A DNA stretch of 64,000 nucleotides, taken from positions 118,482,001-118,546,000 of the forward strand of contig NC_043002.1 of assembly GCF_006345805.1 (NCBI RefSeq). Reading direction: 5' to 3'. Source of the stretch: Octopus sinensis (taxonomy: Eukaryota). Both the position numbers and the translations under genes were made by a program. Of the stretch, positions 24,501 to 37,981 are shown piece after piece (positions within the stretch are counted from its first letter, which is position 1; every line of letters starts with the position of its first letter). A model generated the notes under the pieces. It was not told the origin of the DNA. It saw only the letters and a program-made list of their open reading frames with translations, and made no database searches.

Positions 24501-27350
24501 CAAGATGAGATGCAGTTTGGTTTTTGAAGTAGAAAGAAGCACTATGGATGCTCTCTCCAATTGTCAGTATTAAGACTGTGATGTGTTTAGTGTTGGTGGG
24601 GATCTACCAAGGCTTTGTTCTCAGTCACCATTATTCATTGTAGTTCTGCAAGCCATAACAGGAGAGTTTTAAGACCAGTTGCCACTGGGAATTCTTCCGT
24701 GCTGATGACCTCATTCTTATCACTGAGTTTGTTGTAGAATTAGAAAAGAAATTCCAGGTATGGATGCAAAACCTGGGATCAGAGGGTCTCAAAGTCAACT
24801 TAGCAAAGACCAAAGTTTTAGCAAGTAGTAAAACAGACGGGACTCTACTCTCTTCAGGTAAATGACCCTGCTTGATATGTAGTGAAAGAGTCAGTAGAAA
24901 TTCCATATGATATAGTGACTATTAGATATGAGTGAGGGACAAAGTCAAATGCCTTCTTACAGTCGTCGTACAGTCAGCAGATTTCAGCTTTGCTGTTTTA
25001 CTTCCTTAAGGTTCCATCCACCCTGGGCTCTCAGCACTTCAAGCTGTCCTCATCCATATGCATCACATACCCAAGCCAATGCAGTATTCTATCTTGCACT
25101 CCTAGTCCATCAATGACATACTTTGAGATTAAACACCCAACAGAGTATGCTTGCTTAATTTCTTTCTAGTATTCACATGTTCTCTACATTCAAGGCCCAT
25201 GTCTCACCAATGTCTCACTAATAAGCGTCATACAGTCTGCATTTCACTATTAGAGAAAACTCTTTTGTTGCCAAGAGAGGTAATAACTCCCTGAGCTCTC
25301 CCCACCTTCTTTTAACTCTGACTGATATGCTTTGAAAATAACCACCACTACTGCTAATTAGGTTATCTAGATAACGGAAGCTATTTACTACTGCTAGGGA
25401 TCCTTTTGGATATTTGAGAACATCTATTTCTTGTTTGCACTTGGAGTTTATTGCCTCTGTACATCTTCCACATACAAAGTCTGTTTTCTCTGTTGCCTAT
25501 GATTCCTCAGCATATTTTGTGTGTTCATAATTTTCATTGGGTACACCATTTTGGATTTCTCTCCACTCCCTTTTTTGCATACTGAGCAATGTCAATTTCC
25601 CTGATGGTGAAGGGTCTTGTCTGTTTTTCTACATACTAATACTTTAGTTTTTATTAAGTTGACTTTGATGCCCTTTGATTTCAGGTTTTGTTTCCAGGCC
25701 TAGAATGTCTTTACAAATCCTATTGTACATTCAGCTATAAGAATGAAGTTTTGCACATAGGAATTCCTATGGACATTCAATCTTAAACTCCTCTGTTATG
25801 GTCTGCAGGACTATAGATAAATAGTGGGTTGAGTACTGAGTCTTGGTAAACTTACTTGCACATTAAATTCATCTCTGTACTCATTGTTGACTCTCACCTT
25901 GCTGACAGTCTACCTGTACATGACTTAGATGGCTCTCACAAACTTAGATGGCTCATCTACTAACTTCCTCAATAATCACCAGATCACCAAGTGAGAGACT
26001 CCATCTATCACTTTGACTCCATCAAAGTGATACATCTACGTTGAAAAATACTATGTACAGCAGTATACTCTTAGCCATGTATGTGTGTAACTTTTCTGTA
26101 ATTGTCTCACTGAGAAGATGGCTTGAATAGTACTTCTTCCTGGTACAAAACCAAACTCATCTCATTGAGGCTAACTCTTTCTCTAATCAATTGTGCTACA
26201 CATGTTTCCATGATTTCTGTGACCTGATACTCTTTTAAATTACTGCTCTCTTAGGCATTTGCTTTTTGTCCTTGTAACAGTCATAAGCTATAATACTTTC
26301 CTGTACAATATGATTGGCTAAATAGATAACAAGTTCATATTACTCTGCCAGATACTTGAAGCACCTGGGTGCTGATTCTTGATGGATCAGGTGCTTTCTC
26401 TGTCTTCATAACCTTAATTGCTTTATCTATCCTACTGGTGTCTTCTATACTGACTGTTTCCTCCATTGGATTAACACTGGGAAGATCATCTTTCTCTCAT
26501 GCATTCTCTACATTTAATAACCCTTCATAGTAGCCTTTCTGTACCTCTTTCTGTTCACCATTTCTAAGTGCAAGCATGCCATTATCCACCTATGTAGAGG
26601 CCTGTGGCTTAGTGGTTAGGGTGTTGCACTCATGATTGTAAGATTGTGGTTTTGATTCTTGGACCAGGCATTGTGTTCTTGAGCAAAACATTTCATTTCA
26701 CTTTGCTTCAGCTGACAAAAATGTATAACCCTGGCGTCCTGTTCAAGTGGGGAATATATATGCTATGGAAACCAGGAAACCAGCCCTTATGAGTTGGCAT
26801 GATTCAAAAAGGAAACTTTATCTTTACCTTACCTATTATCCATCAGTGCACATTTCTCACCCTCAACATCTTCATTCCCTTTGGTATGCTGCCTTGCATG
26901 AAGAATACCTAAGAACATCTCAGATCCTCCTCATGTTATAGAACACTGGTAAACTTTTCATGTTCAGCTTCTCCCATTGCTTCATGCAACTGCCATCTTG
27001 CCTCTCTTCTATCTGGCATAGTTCTCAATACCCACTTTTTTCCAGTCTTTCCAATTCTGTCTCTTCACTTTTATGGTTGTGTCTACGTCACTGTTCTACC
27101 ACCATCTCATTTTTAGTTTGGTTGTACCAGTCATAAATTTAATCAGTAGCCCTCAGCAGGTTGTTCTGTGACAATTTCCAGTTATTTTCTGTGCTATAAG
27201 TATCTCCACCCCCCCCTTTTTTTGTCAGATGCTTCAACTAATACTTCTTGAAATTTCTGATTGTATTAATGAATTTTATTTCCCTTTCCAAGATTGATTT
27301 CTGCCTCTGAGTCTAACTCTAAATCTAAAGCCATTAACCACTTACCAATG
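21540..27350. mobile_element. Old, highly decayed RTE LINE fragments (about 21540-22560 minus, 23985-24900 plus, 24960-27350 minus)
   Basis: Degenerate matches to the young RTE, e.g. CCCAATGAGTGGTGTAGCAG at about 24350 and GCTGATGACCTC at about 24700. Confidence 0.7.
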
Positions 27351-27428
27351 TTGGGTTGTATAATCCTCACCAGGAAAAGACTTCACTTTTACAAATATTT
27401 CTTTATCTTATAAATACATGCGCACACT

Positions 27429-27463
<35 letters not shown>

Positions 27464-27808
27464 GCACATGCACCACACACACACACACACACACAGACTT
27501 ATAAATATGTACACGTATAAGAATAAATTGTGGAGTTATCTGTCAGAAAGCATGGCAAGTCCACTGATATATTCTTGAGCAAAGAAAATGCCTTTTGTTG
27601 CACTCACTGGTTTAATGAAACATACACATATATAAATAGATGCATGCATAATCCAGGATAAGGAAGAACTCAATGTAACAAACAGAATAAGGATACACGG
27701 TGTTTATTGTTCTGACACTTGCCTTCTCAAAGAACAGCAGTAAATGTATAGTCTGTAAATGCAGTGAGTTACAGGCAAAAGAGTAATGCAATGAATACAG
27801 TGATGATG

Positions 27809-27840
<32 letters not shown>

Positions 27841-27854
27841 TTCAAATTTTGGCA

Positions 27855-28025
27855 CTAGGCCAGCAATGTCTAGGGAATGGGTTATCAACTGATACTTATT
27901 TTATCGACCCTGAAAGGATAAAAGCAAAGTCGACTTTGGCAGAATTTGAACTCAGAATGTAAAGACGGACGAAATGCTGCCAAGCATTTTGCCTGGTGCA
28001 GCAATGATTCTATCAGCTTTAGTGA
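27855..28025 (-). mobile_element. tRNA-derived SINE
   Basis: Reverse complement of the 57632 family head. Confidence 0.75.
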
Positions 28026-28414
28026 TAATAATAATGATACAAATAATTTATGGTGAGTACAAAAATACAAGCAAGAATTAAAATACTTGTAGAAAATGAC
28101 AAAGTCGATTAAAAATATTGCCATCATCATTAATCAAGCTGTGTTTTGCATGCTGGCATTGCATTGGATGGTTCCACAGGAAGTGGTGAGCCAGAGCTGT
28201 AATGCCAGCTTAGGCAGGATTTTCATAGCTGGCTCTCACTCCTAACACTCACTGCTTTACAGAGTGTGTTAGGGTTCTTTTTTTTTTGTTTTTGTGGAAC
28301 TGGTACTATTGAGCTTACTGAGTAACTTATAAGGCAACGAAGTGGGATATAGTATTGGAAAAGGTGAAAGTATGACTGAGTGACAGGAACAAGTGTCTAG
28401 CAGAAAGATAGAGG

Positions 28415-28458
<44 letters not shown>

Positions 28459-28829
28459 GAGATGGTGAGAGTGTATTGTCAAGGTACATGGTGAATATGA
28501 AAGAGATGAGGGATAGCGGAATGGAAAGGGTAGGTTGGGAGTTAAGTTTGTGAGGGTGTAAAAGGCATGTGACAGATGATTAGGGGTGAATGTAGTGAAT
28601 GGGGGCATATAATGGAGGCGTTATCAATGGTGAATACTTGTTTTGGAAATTGTTAAGGAAATAGGATTGAGTCCAGGGGGAGATGAGATAAGGGAGTAAG
28701 GAGATGAGTAATAGGGATAAAGTGTAGGAAGATAAATGGTATTATTTACACACTTCAGTGAGTAGTACCTTAGAATATTGATGGCTGGATGGATGCTGGA
28801 AGAGCAGAGTTGTAGAGGAAAGTTTGATG

Positions 28830-29250
28830 TCCCTGCTGAGATAGACTGGCCTTCTCAGGCATAGCACATTGCCAGTCACCTTGCTTCTTTATTGTCTTCT
28901 CTGTGAGGCTCAACATCTTGAGGCTGGTCTTCACCACTTCATTCCATGTTTTTCTGGGTTTCTCTCTTGCACAGGTTCACTCTACATTTAGCCATCAGCA
29001 TTTCTTCTTGCAAATCTTCTCATCCATCTGCATCACATGACCACACCAGCATAGTCTTCTCTCTTGCACACAACATTTCATGCCTCTTATGCCCAGTTTT
29101 TCTCTCCAGTTTTCTCATGTACTTTGTAGTACATGCACACTGATGTTGCACATCCAGCAGAGCATACTGATTTCACAGGCCAAATTTCACAACCATATAG
29201 CATTGCTGTTTGTACACAAGCATAGTAAACTTGCCTTTCACTCTGAGAAA
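28830..29250 (-). mobile_element. Old RTE C-terminal fragment
   Basis: ORF 29087-29311 reads VYYACVQTAMLYGCEIWPV. Confidence 0.7.
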
Positions 29251-30098
29251 GACCTTTTGATATAAGAGATACAATGATACTGTTGAAGAAAGAAACAGTA
29301 AGATTGAACAATCAAAAGAGATCAGATGTAGGTTGCAATTGTTGATATGAATCTATAAAAAGTAAGGTAACCATAAAAATAAATATAATTGTATATTGTT
29401 GAAGTGTAGAGTGAAAGGGTACTCTGCAGGAATGCTGGATGTAATGTGAGGGTGAATGATAGAGGGTAAAAGTTGATGTCAATAGTTTAAGGAATGTCTT
29501 AGTTATGTTGAGGAAGGATAGTGTAGGTCATGTATGGATTATAATAAAGGAGGAACTGTGTGTGACTGAACCATAATGTTTATAAGTCATGTGAGGTGTT
29601 TGGAAGAAGTGATACATCATCTAAGAAAGAAAGAAGTGAACTGTGTACCTGAGCAGTTGTATTTATAGTTAGTGTTATGAAATGCATCAGAGATCAGTGT
29701 GGAATTGTGTGGTCAGACAGTAGTGTCATTTACAAGAACATCCTAAATGTTTATTATTATTTAGGTACAAGGCTAGCAATTTTATGTATTCATTAAATTG
29801 TATAAGAGTACATAGCCAATGGTATATTGACTAGTAAAAGAGTTTTGTATTCAATGAAAATGTTTGAATGAAAGAATAAAATCTTGTACCATTCATACCT
29901 ATATTTTGATTAATTCGTATTAATGTGCCTCATCTTGAAAAGTGGCAAAATTGTTGGCAGTTAATTTGGGATAATTTGGAATAATTTTAGAAACAAATTG
30001 AACAGGTAAGGTGCATTAAGAATTTCAATTTTAGTGTTTATCCATAATGTTATTGTTTTTCACCTGTTAATTAAATTTACCTGCCCATAAAAGTCAAA

Positions 30099-31185
30099 TT
30101 TACCCAGCAAGATCAGCCAAACTTATATAACTATAAATCACTGGTATATAAGCACCTACTGACTAAATTTCAAATCATTATGTAAAAAATTAACAAAGTT
30201 ACAAGCAAATATTGTGGACACCCCTCTTGAACCTGAATAATTCAAAATAACGTGAACAAATAAGCATTATATTTGACAGATTAATCTGAACACTAAAGGG
30301 TTAATTCCTTATTTTTCCTCATATATCTCCTTGTCTCAACTGTCTTCCAAACCTCTTTGTGACTTCCCACCCACATTTTACTTTCAGTTTTGTTATGTTT
30401 TCCTTATCTTGATGGTTTTATTTTTTTCTCTTCTTATTTTGTGTATTTTTCCTCCTCTCCTGCTTCCCCATTCCTTTAAACTGTAAACAACACTATTACC
30501 AAACCACACATTTCCTCGTTTACTTGACCTTGACTATAAGCAGCATTACTCTCCACTCATGCCCCAGCCAGTCGATTCCCTATTTCTTTATATCACCTTA
30601 CATCGCCCAGACTATAAACAGCACATGCTTTCCTACTTCTTTGTAGCATCTTATATGCTACCTGAATTTGCTGCAACTGTCTTCAATTTATCCTCTTTTA
30701 AAATCCTTCCAACTTTTAACTTTTTGCATTCACCTTTATCAAGCCCCCCACCCCTGTTCATCTCTTAATTATTGCTTTTATTGTTTCTTAAGTTTTTTAT
30801 TGTTTTTTTTTTTATATCAGCTTTAGTATTTTCTAATAGTATTTTTTAATTCTTGTACATTTGTTATCATCATCATCATCACTATTTAATGTCCATGTTC
30901 CAGTTTGGCATTGGTTGAATGGTTTGATAGGATCCAATGGCCCTAAGGACTGCATTGTGCTCCAGTGTTTGGTTGGCTTTGTATCTACAGCTGAATGCCC
31001 TTCCTAACACTAACCATTTTACAGTGTGTAGTGGATGCTTTTATTGAGCGTCTTATTAATACATTGCTTGTGCCACATCCAAACGTTTGCTTGCTTTTAT
31101 TTTCTTTTTCTGTTTTTTGCAATGACTGCATACATACATGCATACATATATATAAATACACACACACATATATACACACACATTA

Positions 31186-31245
<60 letters not shown>

Positions 31246-31484
31246 GTGTAGGAAGAAATGGAGCTGAACGAAGATTTAACAAAATTCCTTTATATTATTT
31301 TCTACATATGTTTCAAAGGCTTCCTACACTTAATATATAAAACTTCAAATTTCCGCACTAAGGCACGGTTTTTATGCCCCATGGTCGTAACTTCTACTGT
31401 GCTTTTTCTGTTGTGATTTTTGCTACCCAGGTATCGGTTATCATTTGAATTATCCGTAATAAGATAATTCATTTATCTACTTCA

Positions 31485-31515
<31 letters not shown>

Positions 31516-32129
31516 TACATACATATATGATTGGCTCACCCGTCGGTTTCGACGTATGAGGCTCTGACAACGTACTCTTTCTTTGTCAGTCACACCAACG
31601 ATTTGCAAAGAAGGCCACAGACGTTGCAAGTATGAGGATTACAGGTCAATCCAGGTGGTATATATGCAGCTCCTTTTCTCCATTGCCTCGTACACTGAAG
31701 CCTGTTTATGCTGGGTACAACCATGTTTTTAATACCATTTTGACACAATGATCTCCATTTTGTTCGTACCGATGCTGTTTGCTCAAATTTGTTGCGAGCT
31801 GTCTTCATATCTAAGAGGTTACTCTTCAGCTTGTCCTTATATCTGAGCCATGGTTGACCAACATTCCTGTGCCCATTCTCAAGCTCGCTGTACATGAGGA
31901 CTTTACCCAGCAAGATCAGCCAAAATTATATAACTATAAATCACTGGTATATAAGCACCTACTGACTAAATTTCAAATCATTATGTAAAAAATTAACAAA
32001 GTTACAAGCAAATATTGTGGACACCCCTCTTGAACCTGAATAATTCAAAATAACGTGAACAAATAAGCATTATATTTGACAGATTAATCTGAACACTAAA
32101 GGGTTAATTTCTTATTTTTCCTCATATAT
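30099..32129 (+). repeat. 228-bp direct repeats (30099-30326 and 31902-32129, 2 mismatches) flanking 1.57 kb
   Basis: Direct comparison; each copy includes a piggyBac-like end (AAAGGGTTAA) plus about 22 bp of flank. Confidence 0.9.
31560..31904 (-). mobile_element. 5'-truncated BovB-like RTE 3' end
   Basis: ORF 31590-31913 reads KVLMYSELENGHRNVGQPWLRYKDKLK..CNVCGLLCKS. Confidence 0.8.
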
Positions 32130-32431
32130 TCTTTCATGACTCATTCTGACCACGTGGCCAGCCCAGCACAATTGTGATTGTATAAGGAAGTTCTCCATTC
32201 CACAAATCTTCTGTTTGCTTCTCTCTTTGTTTCTTTGGTTGTTCGAAAAAAAGTTTGTTTTCTATGTTTCTGTTTTTTATGTTCTTGTTTCTCATTTTGT
32301 TGACATTTTTTTGATGTCCTGTACCCATATATGGATATATATGTAGGTATGTACATATATGTATGTATATATGCATATATTTATATATTATTTATATTAT
32401 ATATATATACACACACACATATATATGTGTG

Positions 32432-32478
<47 letters not shown>

Positions 32479-32650
32479 CCTTTTGAGTATGGTCGTTACA
32501 AGAACCACCTGACTGGCCCTTGTGCCAGTGGCATGTAAAAGCACCCACTACACTCTCAGAGTGGTTGGTGTTAGGAAGGTCATCCAGCTGTAGAAACTTT
32601 GCCAGATCAGATTGAGCCTGGTGCATATATATATATATTACATACATATA

Positions 32651-32852
32651 CCGGAGTAAACACATAAATGTGAAACAAGGTGGAAAAAAGAGTACTCAAA
32701 TACCAGTGGTAGAGTAATATGCTTTATTTAAAGCAGCAGAAAATTCAACAAAACCTGTTACTCTGAGTTTCCCGTTGCCGTTCGTCCGATGAACGGCAAC
32801 GGGAAACTCAGAGTAACAGGTTTTGTTGAATTTTCTGCTGCTTTGAATAAAG
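32651..32852. mobile_element. Fold-back PLE-type terminus with degenerate hammerhead (32784-32817)
   Basis: 62-bp arms 32722-32783/32791-32852 (1 mismatch); GT-CCGATGA-ACG-GCAA-CGG-GAAAC-TCAGA-GTA-AC. Confidence 0.7.
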
Positions 32853-32906
32853 TATACATACATATATATATATATACATACACACACAAACATCTGTATA
32901 TATATA

Positions 32907-34780
32907 TCATCATCATCATCATCATCGTTTAACGTCCGTTTTCCATGCTAGCATGGGTTGGACGGTTCAACTGGTGTCTGGGAAGCCAGAAGGCTGCACC
33001 AGGCCCAGTCTGATCTTGCAGTGTTTCTACAGCTGGATGCCCTTCCTAATGCCAACCACTCCATGAGTGTAGTGGGTGCTTTTTACGTGCCACCTGCACA
33101 GGTGCCAGACAAGGCTGGCAAACGGTCACGATCGGATGGTGCTATTTACGTGCCACCGGCACGGAAGCCAGTCAGGGCGGCGCTGGCTACGGCCACGTTT
33201 GGATGGTTCTCTTACGTGCCACCGGCACTGGTATCTCAGCTACAATTTCCATTGATGTTGAAAGATTTCGATTTCGATTTTCACTTGCCTCAACAGGTCT
33301 TCACAAGTAGGGTTTGTGTCACAAGAAGGAAAGGTATGCATAAGTGGGCTGGCTACGTCCCAGGTAGAGGCCACTGGTTATGGTCTCACTTGTCCTGCCG
33401 GGTCTTCCCACGCACAGCATAATTCCAAAGGTCTCGGTCTCTGGTCATTTCCTCGGTGAGACCTAAAGTTCAAAGGTCGTTCTTCACCACCTCGTCCCAG
33501 GTTTTCCTGGGTCTACCTCTTCCACAGGTCCCCTCAACCGCCAGGGTGTGGCACTTTTTCACACACCTATCTTCATCCATTCTTGCCACATGACCATACC
33601 AGCGCAAACGTCTCTCTTGCACACCACATCTTATGCTTCTTAGGTCCAGCTTTTCTCTCAAGGTACTTACACTCTGTCGAGTATGAACACTGACATTACA
33701 CATCCATCGGAGCATACTGGCTTCATTTCTTGCAAGCTTACACATATCCTCAGCAGTCACGGCCCATGTTTCATTACCATGTAGCATGGCTGTACGTACA
33801 CATGCGTCATACAGTCTGCCTTTTACTATGAGCGAGAGGCTTTTTGTCACCAGCAGATGTAAGAGCTCTCTGAACTTTGCCCAGGCTATTCTTGCTCTAG
33901 CAGTTACACTTTCAGCACACCTGCCCCCGCTACTGACTTGGTCACCTAGGTAATGGAAGCTATCAACTACTTCTAGTTTGTCTCCCTGGAATGTGGCGGA
34001 AGTTGGTCTCTGAGCATTTTCAGTGTTTATTGCTCCTGAGCATCTGCCACATACAAAAACTATCTTCCCAGTTAGTTTTCCTTTGACATTGCTGCACCTC
34101 TTATGTGTCCATAGCTTACACTTGGTGCATCTTATAGAGTTTCTACCTACGCCTTTTCTGCAGATTGAGCAGGGCCATCTACCTGAAGGCGATTGTGATT
34201 TGCCTGCCTTCCTACATATTAGGACTTTGGTTTTAGCTAGGTTGATTTTAAGGCCCTTCGATTCTAATCCTTGTCTCCACACTTGAAACTTCTCCTTTAG
34301 TTCTGATAGTGACTCAGCAATTAGAGCAAGGTCATCAGCATAGAGGAGCTCCCAGGGGCATCCTGTCTTGAATTCCTCCATTATTGCCTGGAGGACTATG
34401 ATAAATAGGAGGGGACTGAGAACTGAACCTTGGTGGACCCCTACCTCTACTTTGAATTCTTTAGTGTACTTGTTGCCAACCCTCACCTTACTTACAGCGT
34501 CTCTGTACATGGGCATGCACAGCTCTCACTAACCATTCATCTATCCCTAGTTTCCTCATTGACCACCTGATAAGGGATCGGGGTCCCTGTCAAAGGCTTT
34601 CTCCATGTCAACGAAAGCCAGGTACAGGGGCTTATCCTTGGCTAGGTATTTCTCCTGCAGCTGTCTCACCAGAAATATGGCATCAGTGGTGCTTTTCCCT
34701 CGCACGAAACCAAACTGCATCTCATCCAAGCTGACTCTCTCCCTAATCAGTTGGGCTATGACCCTCTCCATAACCTTCAT
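32907..34780 (-). mobile_element. 5'-truncated RTE LINE with a long open ORF2 C-half and a single-copy 3' UTR
   Basis: ORF 33470-34516 (348 aa: YADD, PHD-like finger, RRLRWYGHV); (ATG)n tail at about 32907. Confidence 0.95.
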
Positions 34781-34797
34781 ACACAAACACACATGTG

Positions 34798-34829
<32 letters not shown>

Positions 34830-34833
34830 TGTA

Positions 34834-34885
<52 letters not shown>

Positions 34886-34903
34886 GTGCACATGTATATA
34901 TAA

Positions 34904-34956
<53 letters not shown>

Positions 34957-34957
<1 letters not shown>

Positions 34958-35323
34958 GTAAATGTAATATGTGACAATTATTCGGTAGCCATGATAAAAC
35001 TCTGAGTTTTGGATGCCGAGGTGGAAATCCACACCACCAACTCTTCAGTTATCCATCCATCGGAAAAAGTGCTATGAAAGTGATCGTTATAGAAAGGGAA
35101 ATTACTGTGTGATTGACTGTTATTAAGACAAAAGAGCTATTTGAACAACTGCTAAATGAGGGGAGGGAGTAAAAGTAAGGGGGTAAAAAAGTTCATAGTA
35201 TTAGCATAAGCCAGCATGTCCACACCTGCACATGTGCACCCGCACACCCACGTACATGCGCCTAAAAGTATACACTTATCCACCCTCACTTGAAACCTAC
35301 ACATTCTCACCTGCACCATTTGC

Positions 35324-35392
<69 letters not shown>

Positions 35393-36485
35393 TGAGAATC
35401 CCACACACACACATGCACCAAAAAGTTCATACACATGTCTATATGTGCACAGGCACAAGAAAAAACAGGGCTATGGGTAACAATACAGAAAAAGGTGTAA
35501 GGGAGTATAAAAATAAGCAAAGAGTAAACCATGTCTATATATTCACATACCCGTATGCACGCACACACACATGCCTATATATGCACATACCCGCACACGT
35601 CTATATATGCACACACACACGTGCACACAAAAATATTCATACACCTGTTTATATGCGCACACACACAAGAAAAAACAGCTAAAGGCAAAAATACAGGAAA
35701 ATGTGTAAAAAAGACTGAGTAAAACACGTCTATACATGCACATACTTGCATGCACACACACACATCTATATACACACATACCTGCACACACGTACACATC
35801 TACATGCGTGCACAAAGGAGTCCATATACACGTCTATATACGCACAGGAAAAATGCAGGGTAGAAGAAAAATACAGAAAAATTATGTGTAAAAAATATAT
35901 AAGCAATAAACCTATAAACCAAAATCTCTATAAATATGTAAAACATATATGTATAAAAAATATATAAATATATAAAAAATGTAAGTAAAAAGTATAAAGA
36001 GATAAAAAGCTTGTACGTGGACACAATATAGAAAGCAAGTTCTATCTGTAATCTCGAGGGGACCAAAAGCATAACAAATATTTGGCCACGTATGGGCATG
36101 AACTGAAAAGATCAGTTCTTGAATTCAGACATGTAGCGGGGTCTAAGCTGCTTTTCCAGATGAGCTATCTTTCCATATCACATAGACCACACTTTCCACT
36201 CCGTTGGTATAGGGCTTACACTGGATGTTGTAACTGACATCTTTATCTTTTAAGGACCATATATGACTGGATAATTTGGTCATTTTCTTTTATCCCGGTG
36301 CCTGAAGACGGTGTGATTATTGACCCTGGCCTTTTTAAACACTATGGGGAGATGGCAGGAACCTACATTAATATAACTAAGTCTATCATTGGGCTTCCTA
36401 TAAGGCTTATAAATGTTCTTATTTAGATCTAAGGATACATCCAGGAAATTGATAACCGTCAGGTTGGTGTCTGTAGTTATTCACC
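34957..36485 (-). mobile_element. Penelope-like element relic: RT thumb, GIY-YIG C-terminal region, long 3' UTR and terminal hammerhead remnant
   Basis: Manual translation ITTDTNLTVINFLDVSLDLNKNIYKPYRKPND..CHLP, then TKLSSHIWSLKDK..KCGLCDME..CLNSRTDLFSSC; hammerhead remnant at 34993-35053. Confidence 0.8.
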
Positions 36486-36632
36486 TACATATATATATAT
36501 ATGTGCACCTACACACACACATATATATACACATACATATATATATATACATACCCACTTGTAACTGCTGTACTGGGTCCATCTGCCCTCTACAAACCCA
36601 TTGTAGAAGATCTAATGTATATATATATAAGA

Positions 36633-36674
<42 letters not shown>

Positions 36675-36990
36675 ATATATATGTGTGTGTTTGTATGTAT
36701 ATATGTGAGATAATAATTTCAGTATTAATAGTGAAATTATAGTATAGTGAAAGTATTAAACTGAAAGTATTACCCCACATTACAATAGATATGTTGTTGT
36801 TTCACTTTTGACATGTAATACTAAAATAGTGTAAGTGATAAGAGATTGCTCCGGGCTCGCATTTGGCAAGAAGTTGAAAAGATTTTTGACCCCCACACAC
36901 ACACATATAAATACACACATACACTATATATATTATACATATACATGCATACATACATATATAATATATACATACATGCATATATTTAAA

Positions 36991-37213
36991 TATATATGAA
37001 AGAAGGTTTGAAAATACAATTTTAAAAGATGTTTATTTACTTGACCGGTTTCACTTTTTTAGAAAAAGATTGTCAAAAGTAACATGAAAAAGCTTTGTTG
37101 TGTTAGGTAAGCTTTTACATGTTACTTTTGACAATCTTTTTCTAAAAAAGTGAAACCGGTCAAGTAAATAAACATCTTTTAAAATTTTATTTTCAAACCT
37201 TCTTTCATATATA
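36991..37213. mobile_element. Fold-back PLE-type terminus with degenerate hammerhead (37122-37167 plus strand, mirrored on minus)
   Basis: 105-bp arms with 2 mismatches and a 13-nt loop; TTACTT-TTGACAA-stem II-GAAAC-CG-GTC-AAGTAA. Confidence 0.8.
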
Positions 37214-37269
37214 ATTCCACTCGTGCAGTGCCTTACAACTTCACTTTGTTATATATATATATCTATCTA

Positions 37270-37940
37270 TCTATATATATAAAGCTCAACTTGTGTGTCT
37301 CTGTGTGTGTGTCTGTGTGTTTAACTTCCCGGCACATCTCCTCCTAGCCAACAAATCGTAGAACCACCAAAAATGGGTCACTTAAAGTTTAGGTGAATGA
37401 AAATTGAACTGTGCTATTTCTGTTCCGAAATTCATCTCGCAAGTGCAAAAATCGATAACGTGTTTGTTTAGGCATTATCCCATGCATTGAATAGTGAACT
37501 TTACTCAGTCAGGTGTTTGATGTGAACTGTGTTCACAACGCGTGCAAGCATCTGTAAATTGCATGAAAAATAAAAAAATCAAGATATAAAAACGAATCGC
37601 CGTAAACATTGTAGAAATTCGGCAAAGAAATGAATTTTCAGGATGTAACCTGGAGGGTTTTTTCATATCAATTGTTTGGACTTTGTGAATACATACCAAT
37701 TGTTTTCATAACATTTTTAATGCTTTGAATTAAATGTGACCATTTTGCGTTGAGTCTGCAGTTTGAATCACTTTAACCAAATTTTAGCAGGCCGGATTTT
37801 TGATCCTCACGTTACATCACCAGCGACTCCCTGAAACTCTCCCCTGAAATCCCCGTTGGGAAATCTATATATATAAAACTCAACTTGTGTGTCTGTGTGT
37901 ATATCTGTATGTGTGTCTGTGTGTTTAACTTTTGGATCTA
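37270..37940 (+). mobile_element. Two stacked Helitron-like 5' fragments (starts at 37270 and 37864)
   Basis: TCTATATATATAAAGCTCAACTTGTGTG and TCTATATATATAAAACTCAACTTGTGTG starts. Confidence 0.55.
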
Positions 37941-37981
37941 CCAAGTTTCATTATTAAGGATGGAAAGTAGTGTGTAGCAAA

